Assembly (NCBI GenBank): GCA_013265495.1
Contig: MU058793.1
Coordinates: forward strand, 250,001-314,000
DNA: 64,000 bases
Direction of reading: 5' to 3'
From: Vicugna vicugna
Taxonomy: Eukaryota
The position numbers and the translations under genes are program-made. This document shows positions 25,180 through 38,560 of the stretch, piece after piece; position 1 is the stretch's first letter, and every line of letters starts with the position of its first letter. The notes under the pieces are model-generated. The model had not been told where the DNA came from. It did no database searches and saw nothing but the letters and a program-made list of their open reading frames with translations.

Positions 25180-25580
25180 TCATCTCCCAATATCTACTCA
25201 ATCACCAAGTCCTATTTCTTCTACCACCAATATTCCCATAAATAAAAACAAGTAAATTTTATTTATTCTCATCTCTACCATCACAAACCTAGTCCAAGTC
25301 AATGTCTTCTCTTATTAGGCAACTGGGAGAGCCTCTTCTTGGCCTCCTTCTTTATATCATTATCCTCAAATAATTCTTTTCCCAAATGGCAGCAAGAAGA
25401 ATCTTCTAATCCTGTCACTCCCACTCTTAATTCCCTCAAAGGCTCCCCACTGATCTCAGGAGGGAGTCCTAGTCCCTTCTGGAAGCTTCCAAGGCCCTGA
25501 ATTTTTTGCACCTGTCTCCCTCTCCTGCTTCATCTTTCAGCACACACTTTGTCTCTCATACCTTGCCGACCTGAGCTCTG
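25180..25580 (+). mobile_element. L2 fragment
   Basis: CAATCACCAAGTCCT...CCTAGTCCAAG...TGTCACTCCCACTCTTAA...GGCTCCCCACTG. Confidence 0.7.
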
Positions 25581-25599
25581 GCCTGGAGACATGTATTCC

Positions 25600-25790
25600 C
25601 CTGTGGTGGTTTGAAGCCTGAACCCTGAAGCCAAACTTCCAAGGACTAGATCCTGGCTCCCTAGCTGATACTTGCAGGATCTGAAGCAAGTTACTTAATC
25701 TCCCCACTTACCTCATCAGCAAGACAAGGGCAGTAATGGTCCCTACCTCGGGCTTGTCATCAAGATTATGTGAGTTGAAATAACTCAGGG
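25600..25790 (+). mobile_element. MIR SINE
   Basis: GATCCTGGCTCC...GCAAGTTACTTAATCTC...CCTCATC...CCCTACCTC. Confidence 0.7.
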
Positions 25791-25909
25791 CCGAGGTGAG
25801 GTATCCAGAAGACCATGGTGCCTTTTAAGATTCCATTTACTCTGGGAAAGGGACTCTTTCTCTGTCTCCTTCCCACTTGGCAAATCCTAGTTATCCATGG
25901 AATCTTATC

Positions 25910-26309
25910 TGTTATGGACTGAACTGTGCCCCCCAAAACTCATATATTGAAGCCCTAATTCCAAGTACCTCAAAATGTGCCTATATTTGGAGATAGGGTC
26001 TTTAAAGAGGTGATTAAGTTAAAATGAGGCCATGAGTCTGGGCTTTAATCCAATCTGACCAGTGTCTTCATAAGAGGGAATTTGGAGACACAAAGAGACA
26101 CCACGGATGCAGGCACACAGAGGAAAGACCATGTGGGGATGCAAGGGGAGGGGCATTTGCAAGCCAAGGAGAGGCCTCAGAAGAAAGCAAACCTGCTGAC
26201 ACCTTGATCTTGGACTTCCAGCCTCCAGAGCTGTGAGAAAATTAATTTCTGTTGTTTAAGCCGCCTAGTCTGTGGCATTTTGTTACGATAGTGCTAGCAA
26301 ACTAACCCA
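25910..26309 (+). mobile_element. MLT1B-like solo LTR
   Basis: TGTTATGGACTGAACTGTGCCCCCCAAAACTCATATATTGAAGCCCTAA...ACCTGCTGACACCTTGATCTTGGACTTCCAGCCTCCAGAGCTGTGAGAAAATTAATTTCTGTTGTTTAAGCC. Confidence 0.92.
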
Positions 26310-26311
26310 CA

Positions 26312-26655
26312 CTTGGGAATTTTCCAAGCCTCCATCGTCACATGAGCCAACTTTTAAAAATCTCTCTAGATAGATAGATAGATTATATCTAGGTATTTTT
26401 AGATATAGATACAGAGAGATAAAGACATATAGAAAGGTTAAGATACCTATGGATACAGATATAGACAAAGTAATCCCTCTTCTCTCTCCTCTCTCTACAT
26501 ATATCTCTATCTCCATCTGCCTATATATTATATCTATCTATGTATGTATCTATGTATCAATGTATCTATGTATCTGTCTATCTATCTACCTACCTATCTA
26601 TCTGCCTATCTGCCTATCTACCTATCTATAGAGGGTTCTGGGTTCTCAGGACACC
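26312..26655 (+). mobile_element. MLT2-like LTR 3' fragment with expanded internal microsatellite
   Basis: GCCTCCATCGTCACATGAGCCAACTTTTAAAAATCTCTCT-[AGAT/TCTA runs]-GGTTCTGGGTTCTCAGGACACCTG matches the MLT2 3' architecture. Confidence 0.6.
26367..26630. repeat. (AGAT)n followed by (TCTA)n tetranucleotide array
   Basis: Directly visible in the sequence. Confidence 0.9.
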
Positions 26656-28833
26656 TGCATGCTTCCTTCCAACACACAGCACCCTGAGATTGAATGGTTA
26701 CATCTGTGATTATGTGGTCACCATCCATCTCTCCAGTCAGACAGTGATATCCAGAAGTGAAGGACCAGCTCCATTGTTCACTACTGCACCACAAGAACCT
26801 ACCATGGTAAACCGGTGTTGGATGAATAAACATGGAAGGCCCACAGTGAAGTCGTAAATTCTTATCATCCCTTTGCTCTTATAATGCATGAGAAAATTGA
26901 AAGAACAACATCTTTTTGTAGAGATGATTAATATACCCATCAATATGAATAATACATTCAACAACCCTAAGTCTGTTCTTTTAAGCCAGTACTTTACTGA
27001 GCTTATATGTTCAATAGGAGAAAATTTTTACTCCAAACTCCTATTATTATGGCTCCTTGGACCTTAAAGTCACACAGGTGCATTCAATATAAATGTGAGT
27101 GGGTGAGAGAGAGAGCAGCTGTGATTGACAACAGTGACAACAGATTTTGGAGCAAGAAGCAGGGTGGGGTGGAGGAGTTTGTGGACAGGATTCTGTATTT
27201 GTATTTCCAGGCAAATAAATTCTGTCATTCCGGTGAGTTTTAGCTATGCTTTGGGGCATGACATTTTAGCCACGATAATTTTTTCAGTATTTTTTTCCAT
27301 TTTGGATTGAAAAATTCTGATTCTTAAAAATAATTTCACTTTTTAAAATTTTTATGGTAACCACATGGCACAGGAGGAAATGCAGCAATTAATAAAGAGT
27401 AGTCAACTGGCATTAATCGTAAGCCTTTCTTGGATAACTTCCTTCTCATTACCTCTGTTTTGTCAACTCTAACATGTCCGTTACAATGAGGGGATGACTT
27501 AGCTTATGACTGAAAATCAACTCACCTGGCAGGTTATGTGTCCAAGAAGACCAGTGTCTTCTAGGATTTTTCAGAAAGTATCCCCAACAACTCTCTCTCT
27601 CATATAAGTATTTCTGGGGGAAAATACAATTATTAAGAAACAACTGTGTCCCTAGTACTGTGACAGATGCTGAGAAAAGTGGTGATGAGCAAGATGCTTC
27701 TGTTCTCCTGGATCCAGGGGAGCCAATAGGAGCTTACATCAGTGTGTGATGAGTGCTCTGATAACAGAAGCCCTGGGTACCACCAAATTCACATCCAGGA
27801 GTCTCACATAATACTATGGAGAGAGAAATCAGGGAAAGCTTATTGGAGGGAGGGAGGTCTACTGAAACCCAAAGGCTAAGAGTAGTCCAGGTTCACGTAT
27901 AGGATTGGGAATGGTCAAGTGTGAACAACATATTCCAGATAAGAGTCTAACCACACTGAGCTCCTCACTTCCCCTGATCTGTGCTTTCTCAGTTTAATCA
28001 TTGCCTCCATCTGGATGCTCTGACTCTTGCCTTTATGGAGCCACAGCTCACTCATCTTTCAAGGCCTGGATAAAATACTATCCCATCTAGGAAGCCTTCT
28101 CTGATCCCCCTGATAAGAAGTCAGCTCTCTAATTGCTTGAATATCCAGAGACATCCTGAAAGACCGTCCTTCATTACACCAGTGGTGGGTCACCTTGTGC
28201 AAACCACATACAACTGAGCCCTGAGACCTAAACGTGCATTCTGTAAAATAACAATACTGGCAAAAATGATTGAAGATAATTTATGTCATTAATCACTCTT
28301 TGGAGACTGAGAAATGAAGGAAATCACAGATACATAGCAATTCCTTTATTTTTTTAAAGCTTCTTTTCTCATATTTCTCATGTTCAATACTCTTGATACC
28401 AACCAGTTTCTACCAAAAACATATCCAACTTGGCTTTTTATCCTTTCTGGTCACTTTTCTCTGTTTCAGTAAGTCATTCTCTCTCCTTTTCAGCACCATA
28501 ATGAGGGAAAAGAGAAAAGAGGTGCTAATATGCATGTGTTTCCCCATCACACACATATGTGAGTTTCTGCTATTAATATCTTATCTTCCTGACCAGGCCT
28601 GTAATTAATGTTTAAGGCAGAGAGGTTCCCAGTCTGATCTTTAAAACTTCTACCAAAAAAGATACTCCCCAAACATGAGAGTATTCTTTCCCAGTAAAAA
28701 GAGTATATCTTTTTGTAACCCCCAATTTTTTCTCATTATTATTCAATTATTTAGCACTTATTGAATATGGACTGTGACAAAGTACAGAGAGGGAACTTCT
28801 TCCTCAGGTTCAAAGGCCCTGTGGTTTTCTCCA

Positions 28834-29665
28834 TGTGATGTTGAAATTTATAGTAAGAAATATATATAGATCTTTGACCTATTCCTGGCACAGAGCTCCT
28901 AAAACCCCTGGAATTTCCTAAATATGAAATCTATAAAGACATCTTTTGTTATGTTAACAAGTAACTTTCGGAAAGTCCCTAGGTCACCTAAGAAAGGGAG
29001 CTGGTTGCCAGTGGAGCCAACCATGTGATTAGAGGGTTGGAACTTTCAGCCCTAAACCCTGCCCTCAATGTACCTCTGGGGAGGGGAGAGGAGCTGGAGA
29101 TGGTGTTCAATCACCATAGGCATATGATTTAATCAATCATGCCTATGCAATGAAGCCTCTATAAAAACCCAAAGGGACAGGGTTCATAGAGCTTCCAGGT
29201 TGGTGAATACAGGGTGATTTAGGGAGCATGGTGCACCTGAAAAGGACATGGAAGCTCCACACCCTCTCCCCATATCTTGCCCTGTGCATCTCTTCCATCT
29301 GGCTGTTCCTGAGTCATAGCCCTTTATAATAAACCAGTAATCTAGTATGTAAAATGTTTTTCTCAGTTCCGTGAGCCACTCTAGCAAATTACTCAAATCC
29401 AAGGAAGGGGTGATTCAAATCTCCAATCAACAGCTAGTGGATCAGAAGCTCAGGTGACAACCTGGACTTGGGCTCCTATTGGCATCTGAAATGGGGGAAG
29501 GGGGCAGTCTTGTAGAATCAAACCCTTAACATGTGGGATCTTATGCAACATCCAGGTAGACAGCGTCAGAATCGAGTTGAACTTTAGGACACCCAGCTGG
29601 TGTTGGAGAATTGCTTAGTGATGAGGAGAATCCCCCTAGATGTTGGCAATCAGAATCAGAATCAT
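28834..29665 (+). mobile_element. MER21-family solo LTR (ERVL)
   Basis: TGTGATGTTG...TTCCTGGCACAGAGCTCCTAAAACCCCTGGAATTTCC...AACCATGTGATTAGAGGGTTGGAACTTTCAGCCC. TATA-like CTATAAAA at ~29159 and AATAAA at ~29328. Confidence 0.85.
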
Positions 29666-29744
29666 AAATCTCCAAATATAAAATTAAAATTTTAAAGGCA
29701 GTACCTTAGGAAAGACCTTTATCTATGCTTCTTAACCTTGCTAG

Positions 29745-30141
29745 TATTAAAAGAGAAATAACAGGCCCCAAATGGAGTCACTTGTGCTAAGCACCACATC
29801 AGCAAACTAAGACTTAATACCTAACTTAACTGTAGTTTCAGCCTTTCCCAGGAATGTGACCTTTAACCAGTCAATCAGGAATTACCTAGTAGGCACTAGT
29901 TAGGTAATCTGCCTGATAGACCCTTTCTGTCCCCCATCAAAAGGTGACCTTGCCTGAAATAATTCACTCTTTGCTAGAAACATCACTTCCCCACCCCCTT
30001 CCGCCTATAAAAGCTTTTCATCTTGTACAGCTCCCCAGAGCTCCTTTCTATTTGTTAGATGCGATACCACCCAATTCATGAATCATTGAATAAAGCCAAT
30101 TAGATCTTTAAATTTACTCAGTTGAATTTTGTTTTTTAACA
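29745..30141 (+). mobile_element. MER34-family solo LTR (ERV1)
   Basis: CCCCAAATGGAGTCACTTGTGCTAA...CCTATAAAAG (TATA, ~30004)...AATAAAGCCAATTAGATCTTTAA...TTTTAACA. Flanks CTAG/GTAG resemble a 4-bp TSD. Confidence 0.75.
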
Positions 30142-30944
30142 GTAGTGTGCTACAGATTGCTTAGAGAAAGAGCTAATGAGGTCAAAGTCTATATAAAGTT
30201 TAGTTAGGTTTGCACAAGGGGAAAGTCTTTTCTTCAACATTAGTCTGTGTCTTTGGATACTGCTAGATGTCTTACAAATTTAGGCCACTGATCAGAAGAA
30301 AAATCAGAAAAGAATTAGTGAATGCCTTAGGAAAAAATTAAAAATCCCCACCTCTGGAGAAATGGCCCCGCAGGAGGCCTCATAGCCAGCAGGTCAATGG
30401 ATCATCTTTGTATACATCTTTTTCTGATTCAGGATCTCAGAATGCCTCAGAAGGGGCAAATATCAGGCCCATGAATAAAGCTACTACATGAACACAGGAA
30501 AACTGTGACCCATAGCTTAAGAAGGAGTTAAGGGTATTTCCTTGAAAATTAAGCAAGCAATAAATCTCATTCACAAGAATGACCCATGTTCTCTCACCCT
30601 TGCCATCTAATGCAATTTTTCTCATCCAGAATAAAAAGAATTATCCAAACTTATGCTAGAAATATTATTAAGAGCTGGCCTGCCTGTTTCCAAATTGCTC
30701 CCATGAGAAATCTACACAGCAATTCAGAATAGGCTATGAATGTGACTGGATTAATTAAAAAGCAATGAGAAAAATTTCAAGTGGGGAAATATAAAAATTC
30801 TGATGGAAATGATTCCCAGGAATGCTCTTAGTATATCAGGGTTATCATTTGAGTATTGAAATAGTGCAATAATTCACTAAATGGCCTGAAAGTATTCATA
30901 CTAAATTAGTACATAACTATAAACATACATAACATCTTCATTAT

Positions 30945-31330
30945 TTAATTCTCAAATCCTATTTAGGGCCTAATATGAGTTGACAGGATTTAAGTACAAG
31001 GAACAATCAGACAAAATCCTATCCTCATGAGCATATATTCTAGAGGGAGATAGGAAATACTTTTATACAGTCAAGATGGTAATAAGAGATATGAAGAAAA
31101 ACAAAGAGTTAGAAGATAGGGAGGGGTGAGGGTTAGGGTAGGATGGTTATTTTAGATAGGGTAGTCCAAAAAGTCTCTCTAAGGAAGTTTTGTTTTAACA
31201 GAGACCTGCATAACTGAGGGGACAAGCTATGAAAGGTCTGGAGAAAATGTCCCAGATAAATGCAAAAGTCCTGGAATGGGAATGAGCTTAGAGGTTCAGG
31301 GTGACATCATGGAAAAGGATGACTAAAAGA
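30945..31330 (-). mobile_element. L2 fragment
   Basis: CAGACAAAATCCTATCCTCATGAGCATATATTCTAG...TTTAGATAGGGTAGTC...CAGAGACCTG...TGCAAAAGTCCTGG. Confidence 0.7.
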
Positions 31331-33954
31331 GGAAGCATGGAGAAGACCTTTGGAAGGGAGGAAGGTAAGAGCGTAAGATACCGACAGGTTGGATGGATCA
31401 TCCTTGCAGAGGTTGGCTCCACCAAGAATGATAAAGTTGTGACTATGGGAGAGAACTATTAAGCTGTTTAAATTGTTCATGCATGGGATGTGGAGTGGCT
31501 CAGATGTGAATAGATGACTGTATCAAAAAGGGGTAGGAGTAAACAGTCTGATAGCATGCATCTCAAAGGAACTGGTGTTTAGGGAAGAGGAGAGGGAAAT
31601 GATCTAGAAAGAGCAATAAGGAAAAAGAAGGAAATGGTCTATCTCCAGGCTCTCGTCCAACATTATGGGAAGCAATGTCCTTAAAGGGTAGCCAGGTCTC
31701 AGAGCACAATGCTGAGGAGAATGTTCAAATAATATGATACAGGAGATTTTGTGGATGATCACTGAGTCTCATATGACACAGGTAGAAAGGTTTAGGCATT
31801 GACGGAGCTGTGGAAAATCAAAATAAATTTGGGGATTTACTAAGTCATATATACAATTTAGGGGCACAAGAACCACAAATGTTTCAGAATTCCATAACCA
31901 GTTATCTCATGATAATGGAAAATATTAGCATGGATAACAATAAATAGGCATTGAGTCAGTATGCTAAAAAGATGAAGGTTTCCAATTTCATGCATTTTTC
32001 TCCTTATCCTTTAAGCACAGAATTTAAATGATAGCCAGCTTTATTAGCTACTCTAATATAAATTTTAGAAGTTGACACATTATCTCCATGGACATTGAGA
32101 ATTCAGATTTCAGATAGCAGCTGCACTTCCAGTTGATAGAAATTTGGGAAGCTGAAAGACAAAACTGACTTCTCACACTCCAACAGCACATGTCAACTTG
32201 GCCAGGAGAACTTCTCTGAGATGCCTTAGACTGTAATGCCAAGGGCACATCACCCAAATGCATTGACTTTTCTATTTTGGCGAACAGAAGGGGAAACGTC
32301 ACTATCAGATAAGATAACATGATGAATGTTCCTGGACTATGTACTTTGTGAGTCCTGGAGCTCTAGAAGTTTCTTGACTTAGCTGAAGCCTCAGAAGTTG
32401 CTTAAAACTCAAGTTGGTTATATAATGTGAAATGGGTCAAGACTCCCCCTCCCTCGGTGCCTCGGATATATTGTTCGAACCAATCAGCTCAAATTGCTAA
32501 GCGAACCGGCTCCTCCAAGATCACAAGGTTCATGCTTCTCCTTTAAACTTCAAAGATAGTTATTGACAGCGTGTGAGGAGCCCAGGCCCTTATCTCCAAT
32601 TGTTTCATTAAGGGGCTTCATCCCTCGCAGTGGAGTAGGCTGAGCTTCTGCTGCAGTTAGGAAAATGAGGACAAAGAGGAGAACAAACAGAAGGGAAAGA
32701 AAACAGAAATAAAAAAAACTAATCAATACACCCACGAAGTAATGAGGAAAGGAGAAAAACGTAATGAGAAGAAACCAGGGGTAGTTCTACAAGGCAGGCA
32801 GTGCCGTACAAGTAATTCAAGTAATGATTTACTTCATGTTGCATATTATTGTGAGGCTTGGCTCTGAACATCACTACAAAGGATGTAGTAGCAGAGAACT
32901 TGGTGCACACAGTCTGAACCAGACAGGGGGCCTATGTAGCTTTCTCCTTACGCTTAATGAAATCTGTTAATTCACCATCAGGAGAAAGGGCAGAAAAATC
33001 AATTTAGCTTCATAGTTAAAGTGAGGATAGTTTTGTGGGCTTAACTATAATAATTTTTTTACATAGGTATGTGCCATGATAGCCTCATTTCTGAAACAAT
33101 ATAAACACGTCTAGGTAGAATGCCTTTTTATATGATAAACAATACTGTTTTTCTTTGCCCATTCAAAATCCTGGCCACTAGTAGAGGTTTAGCCAAGCAT
33201 ATCTGGAAAGGACCATGTTAACAGAGACCAGGGACATCTCAGCAGTAAACAATATGGAGAGAAGACCCAAGGAGCCTTCATGAAAATGTCTCATAAGATC
33301 CTAGGGTCTTGGTGCAACCCTTGGGAGCTCAGGAATCTTGATTTGAGGCTGAATTTCCTGCCAGCTTGAAAGCATAGAAATTCAGAATCAAAATATGTTG
33401 ATTTATTGAAAACAAAGAATCTTTTGAGTTTGTGTCCTAAGATCCATAACTAACTTACATGTCAGTTTCTCTATAAATGTATATAATGTGCATACACACA
33501 CACACACCCCTACCTATATTTGTGTTACATCATAGAAGAGTGTCCTGGAAGTAGAGACATCAAACTGTCAATGAGGCTACTTTGGAGGACCTAGATGAGA
33601 GTGCAAGGGCAAGAAGAGGAAAGAAGACTTTCATTTTGTTGCATTTCTTACTTTTTGATTAAAAAAAATGTAATAGGCAATTATTACTATTATAATTTCT
33701 AAAAGAGATAAAAAATACCCAAGAACATTCCAGATACTCATTTTCACTTACAGTCCAGTAAGTTCTCCAACTGGCTCTGATTTATTTGGCAGTTGCTAGG
33801 ACAAGGCATTGGACTTCTTGAGAAGTAAGGGTGGTCCTGAAGCACAGCTAGCAATGTGAACAAGAGTCACTCTTAACTCAACTACTGAGAAACTGAGGCT
33901 CTTTTCCTTCCTCTTCTCCTTTTTCATCCCTTCACCTCTCCTTCCTTCCATTCA

Positions 33955-34266
33955 TTTTTTTTCATATTGACTGAGGTACAGTTGATATACAGATTGGACA
34001 CAATAAATGTGTCCAATCTGATGAATTTGAACTTATGCACACATTCATGATACCATCACCACAATCAAGACAATAAGACTAATCCAAACACCTCCCAGAG
34101 TTTCCTTGTGTCCCTTTGGTTCTTGTTGTTGTCATTGTTTTGTGGCAAGAACACTTAATGTGAGATCTGTCCTCTTAATAAATTCTGAGGTGCATGACGC
34201 CATGTTAACCAAAGCTAGTATGTTATACAGCGGGTCTCTAGACTCATCTAGCAAAACTGAAACTTT
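33955..34266 (-). mobile_element. L1MA9/10-like 3'UTR
   Basis: GATACCATCACCACAATCAAG...GTGGCAAGAACACTTAATGTGAGATCT...TATGTTATACAGCGGGTCTCTAG. Confidence 0.8.
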
Positions 34267-35359
34267 CCTTAAAATAATTCAGTACAATTGCTCCGACCAC
34301 TCCAGTTGGCTGACCAATATCTTAATTAAAAATGTGAAGTCACTTCAAAGGAAATGACAAATCCTCTCATTGAATGTTGAATGAGGGCCCCTCATGGCTG
34401 GACAACTTGGAAGGCATTAGGGATACAGACCCATACAAGGCTGACTTGGTGGTGTGTCCCTGCTCTATGGAGATTATATTCTACTAACAAACCTACACTG
34501 GAAATTCTGAGTTTGAAATAGGAAACTTCTAGAACAAAAAGATGTACTTACCAGGGCTTGCTGAATTTTGCTTCCATGAATGGACAAAGTTGGTCTAGGA
34601 TGTCTGTATCATACATGTCCATCTGTTTGCTACTAGAGGAGACTCTGCCTTTTATGCTCCAATCAATGTAGCCGTGGCCTCTGTTCACACCCTAACCCCA
34701 AGGGCAGCACCTTGCTGTTACGTGAGGGTGGCTGTGGATTGGAGTGGGGCTGGCTGGTGGCCTAAGAAGCAGCCTGACTGAAAGAAAAGTTTACTGACAT
34801 TCAGATTCCTTCTATTAGAAACTGAAATCCAAAAACAGCTTGTCCAGAAGGTAACAGAATAAAGGGAAACAACACCTGGGGTAGGGCTGAGGCACACTTA
34901 CAGGAGAGCCCTGGAGTGAAGAGCCTTAAATCTCGCAGTTAAGAGCTCTGACTTTGGTGCCAGGCAAACTTTCTCTAAATTGCAATGTCCAAGTTGCCTT
35001 GGCCAGAAGACCTTGTAAGTTCCATCTCTCCTGACGTAGCAAGAAGCACAAACTTATAAAGTTAATCAATAAGAAAGCAAAATATGCATACTTCATTTAC
35101 ACACAGAGCAGGCTGCATATCAACCCAGGACATTCATATCTCCATTTATCAGAATTTCAGGAAAAAAAAACATGTAGGTATATCTCCAGAGGTAAATATC
35201 CCAGTGGAAAAAACAGTCCAGGTGGCTATGCTGGTTCATTGTTTCTCCTTTGAAATTAAAGGAAGCAGTGGACATATGACATAATGAAGGACCCCAATTC
35301 AGTGCATCTTATTTAAAAGAACTTGAATTAATGGAAACAATTCTTACTTTTGTTTTATT

Positions 35360-35592
35360 TAAAAGGCACTTACAAAACACCTACCAGGTTCCAGGTATTT
35401 ACTATGTGTTAGGGCTTAAACAGTCACTCATAACTATACCATTAAATAGACACAATAGTATGCTCCACTTTATAGATAAGAAAACAAGATGCAGAGAGGC
35501 TACAAAATTAGCCCAGGGTCACACAGCTAATAAATTTCAGAGCTGAGATTCAAATCTGGGTTTGGAACCGTACTTTGAACTTTTATACTGTG
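35360..35592 (-). mobile_element. MIR SINE
   Basis: CACTTTATAGATAAGAAAAC...GCCCAGGGTCACACAGCTAATAA...AGAGCTGAGATTCAAATCTGGG. Confidence 0.85.
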
Positions 35593-36340
35593 CATCCCCT
35601 TTGCTATATAAGGGACAGGGTCATCTATGTTTGAAGGGCAAGAATAAATGATATCAAGAAAAATCTGGAGCATTTTTTCAGGGAAGTGAGGCACTGAACA
35701 GTTACTGCAGGTGAGGGAATTTGTTCTTTGAGGAAATCTGGGACCAGAGGTGTAGTATTATCTGGCCAGGATGCTAGATATTCCTCTTGCAATAGACAAG
35801 ATGATATCCCAAGATCCGTCTCTGCTCTCAGAGTCTGCTTTTCTATTCATATTCCAAAGCCAGCATTAACAGATTTGGGAAGGGGTCTGTTGTTCAGTTT
35901 TTCAAAAGATTTCAAACTTCTACTTAAATCTTCCAGCTTTAAATCATTTTTCTTTTATTCATTCTTCTGAGGTTTCTGAGGGATTGCCAATACTTGGCTG
36001 TGCCTTGACAAAGCTATCCTCGGATATCAGATTAGATAAGATGATGAATTGTACTTAAGACTTCACATAAGTTAAAAGCAAAGGAGTTTTAGTGGAAAAC
36101 TTTCTCAAACACAGTTAAATATCAAAGCTGGCAAAGAATGGAAGGGGTTGGGTTTACCTATAAAGTAATCCAATTCATTAATGTTGATGCTGGGATTACT
36201 GAAACCCAGCAACAGAAAGATTTTCTACGTTTTTCCCCCAATAAGTCTATACAGCCAACAGAAATCCCCTAGGTCATGGGAGAAAAACATTTTATTCTAA
36301 ATGGAAAAGAACATTTAGATTATGAGCAGGGATCAAATTT

Positions 36341-36866
36341 CCATACTTCATAGATTCTAAAATGTGTATTTCTCACCTTTTTGCATGTCTGAAATTGGGT
36401 GCATATCATAATCGTTACTGGCCAGGTAGCACTCATAATGTAGTTGCCACTGTCTGTTCATGGGCATCAAATTGTGTAGAATGGGTGTCAATGGCTTGCA
36501 AGAAAAACCTGGAGACGAGAGTACATTCTCTTAAGCAAAATATTCATTACCTAGTCTCTGTGTGGTATAGAATGTGCATTGACAACCCAGATGAAATGTT
36601 ACTCAAAACATCTTCAAGACCTCAAAAATGATGACGTTTTAGAAATAGCCTCACAAATGTATCTCAACTATATTTTCTTTTCTATGCATAATATCAGCAT
36701 GTCTAAATGAGTTTAAAAGTAAACTTTCAATAGGTTAAAAGTGAAGGTTCAGAGTGATACAGCTATGCACCCATTTAATTGGCACTGGTTTGCTTTAATG
36801 TCTTAGTCACACATAAAAGAATGGATTGACTTCAATCAGTGGTGCCTTAGAGTCGATGAAATTATG
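36341..36866 (+). mobile_element. Tigger13-like pogo DNA transposon relic
   Basis: Degenerate TIRs CCATACTTCATAGATTCTAA ... TTAGAGTCGATGAAATTATG. The internal peptide EWVSMACKKNLETRVHSLK resembles the pogo transposase C-terminal 'EWVxxAWxxI...HSFKK' motif. Confidence 0.75.
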
Positions 36867-37408
36867 ATAAAGATCAAGTAGTTTAACAATGCTTATGAAT
36901 TCTGTGCAGATAATTTGGGCACAAATGTTGAGCTTGACAACATATTCCTTTCAGTTGATTTTCTCAAATTATTCATCTTTTTGGAGACTCAGTAGCTCGT
37001 CTACAAAATGCAGGTGCTTATTCCATACTAATGACGACTGAATGAGAGAATGTATGCAAGATGCTTAGCAGAGAGCACACAAGAATTGAATATATGAACC
37101 CCTCTTGAGTTTTATCTACTTTAGCAGAGCATCCTCACAGCATCCTGTCCTTCTGCCTTTTCCCTTGGGAGCAGGAGACTCTGAGAGAACTGTGGTTGGA
37201 TTTTTTTTTTTCTGCAAGACCATTTTAGTGGCCAGAGAGGAGAAAAATTCATTAATAAAAATTTATCATAAAGCTGAGCATACATGACCAGTGCACATTT
37301 CTCTCATCACACTGGAATATGTATTTACTGCCACAAAGGGCCAAATGAGGTCACCTGGAAATGAGTGGAAGGGCAGTCATCTCATCACGGGATGAATACT
37401 AACCAAGG

Positions 37409-38131
37409 GGAAGCAAGAGTCTGGGGGAAGACAGGAAGATAATGTTCCCCTCTTTCCGTCATCCTGTGCTTCTTCCGTGGAGTCCCTCTGGAAAAGTCCA
37501 GTGTGCCCAGCACATTTACTCGCTGAGGGGCCTGCTGTTTTACACTGTGGCTCGCTGAGACGAGGTGGCCAGTCCAGCAGGCCATCTCCTCCATTGCTTT
37601 GCATCCTTTCCTTTTTCCTCACCTTCACCACTGCAAGCTTGCAGCTCCCAGGTGCAACACCAGCACTTCAATCCTTGCCTTGCCTCTGCTTTCCAGAGAA
37701 CTCAGCACATGCCCAGCACCCACATGTTGGTTATGTTGTAGAGTTCATGTGGGGCCTGGGAAACGTTGGTCTGAAGTGTTTCCAGAACAGGGCAACGGGG
37801 TTTAGTCAAACACAGATGAAACTGAAGCAGGTGTCCTAGATTCAAGCCTTGGGTCTCGTTCTTACTGTGTGACCTTTAGTCTCTCTCATTGGTCTAATGG
37901 AAATGCTATTACCTGCCTTCCTTATCTTGAAATGCCATCATCAGGGTCAGACGAGATAAGGTTTGAGAAAGCAGTGTGTGAGCCATGAGGTTGACAATTA
38001 ATAAAAGTTGATAGCCTACAAATAGATAATTATCACTATCAAACATGAGTTTGGTCCAGTGAATTCTGTTGCCTTTTCAGTCAATAGGAGATCAGTGTAA
38101 ACATTTGTAAAATTGTGAAAACTTCAGGTAG
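37409..38131 (+). repeat. Left arm of 723-bp inverted duplication
   Basis: Base-by-base reverse-complement match to 41086-41808 with no indels (paired coordinates sum to 79217). I counted 5 mismatches over 37409-37986 and 24 over 37987-38131. Confidence 0.97.
37820..37990 (+). mobile_element. Degraded MIR-type fragment carried in both inverted-repeat arms (mirror copy ~41227-41397, minus strand)
   Basis: CCTAGATTCAAG...TTACTGTGTGACCTT...AATGGAAATGCTATTACCTGCC...GAGATAA..TTGAGAAAGC. Confidence 0.55.
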
Positions 38132-38282
38132 GCTATGTGTGTGTTTTGGCTTTTGAAGAAAAAATACCCTACTAAAGCAGGAGTCACTTAACTTGTCAAA
38201 TTGTCAAATTCTGAGGGCTATTATCATTTTTATTTTTTATCTCATTCTTTTTCATTGCCATTTTAGTATATACTTCAGAAAC

Positions 38283-38560
38283 AAAGTGAAGTAAACCAGA
38301 AAGAGAAAGAAAAATATCATATGATATCAGTTACATGTGGAATCTAAAAAAAAGAAAAAAGGGGACATTAATGAACTCATTTACAAAACAGAAACAGACT
38401 CAGAAAGAGGGTGGGAAGAGATAAATTTGGGAGTTTGAGATTAGCAAATTTTAACCACCACATATAAAAACATTTAAAAAAAGAAATTTCTTCTGTATAG
38501 CATAGGAAACTACATTCAATATCTTGTAATAACCTTTAATGAAAAAGAATATGAAAACAA
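38283..38560 (+). mobile_element. L1 ORF2-end/3'UTR fragment inside the inverted-repeat spacer
   Basis: AAGTGAAGTAAACCAGAAAGAGAAAGAAAAATATCATATGATATCAGTTACATGTGGAATCTAAAA is homologous to 62427-62490. Confidence 0.85.

Noticed and set aside
36362..36631. ORF with a pogo-transposase-like motif (possible domesticated gene)
   Set aside because: It is a short, degenerate piece within a ~525-bp internally deleted Tigger relic, with no DDE core.
37477..37839. 120-aa ORF duplicated at 41378..41740, which looks like a paralogous gene pair
   Set aside because: It starts at GTG, has no recognisable domain, overlaps similar ORFs in other frames and strands, and ends in a MIR remnant. The shared peptide is a by-product of the 99% DNA identity.
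37409..37986. CpG/GC enrichment in the homogenised arm as evidence of GC-biased conversion
   Set aside because: Only about 9 CpGs in 578 bp, which cannot be separated from local variation without outgroup-polarised substitutions.
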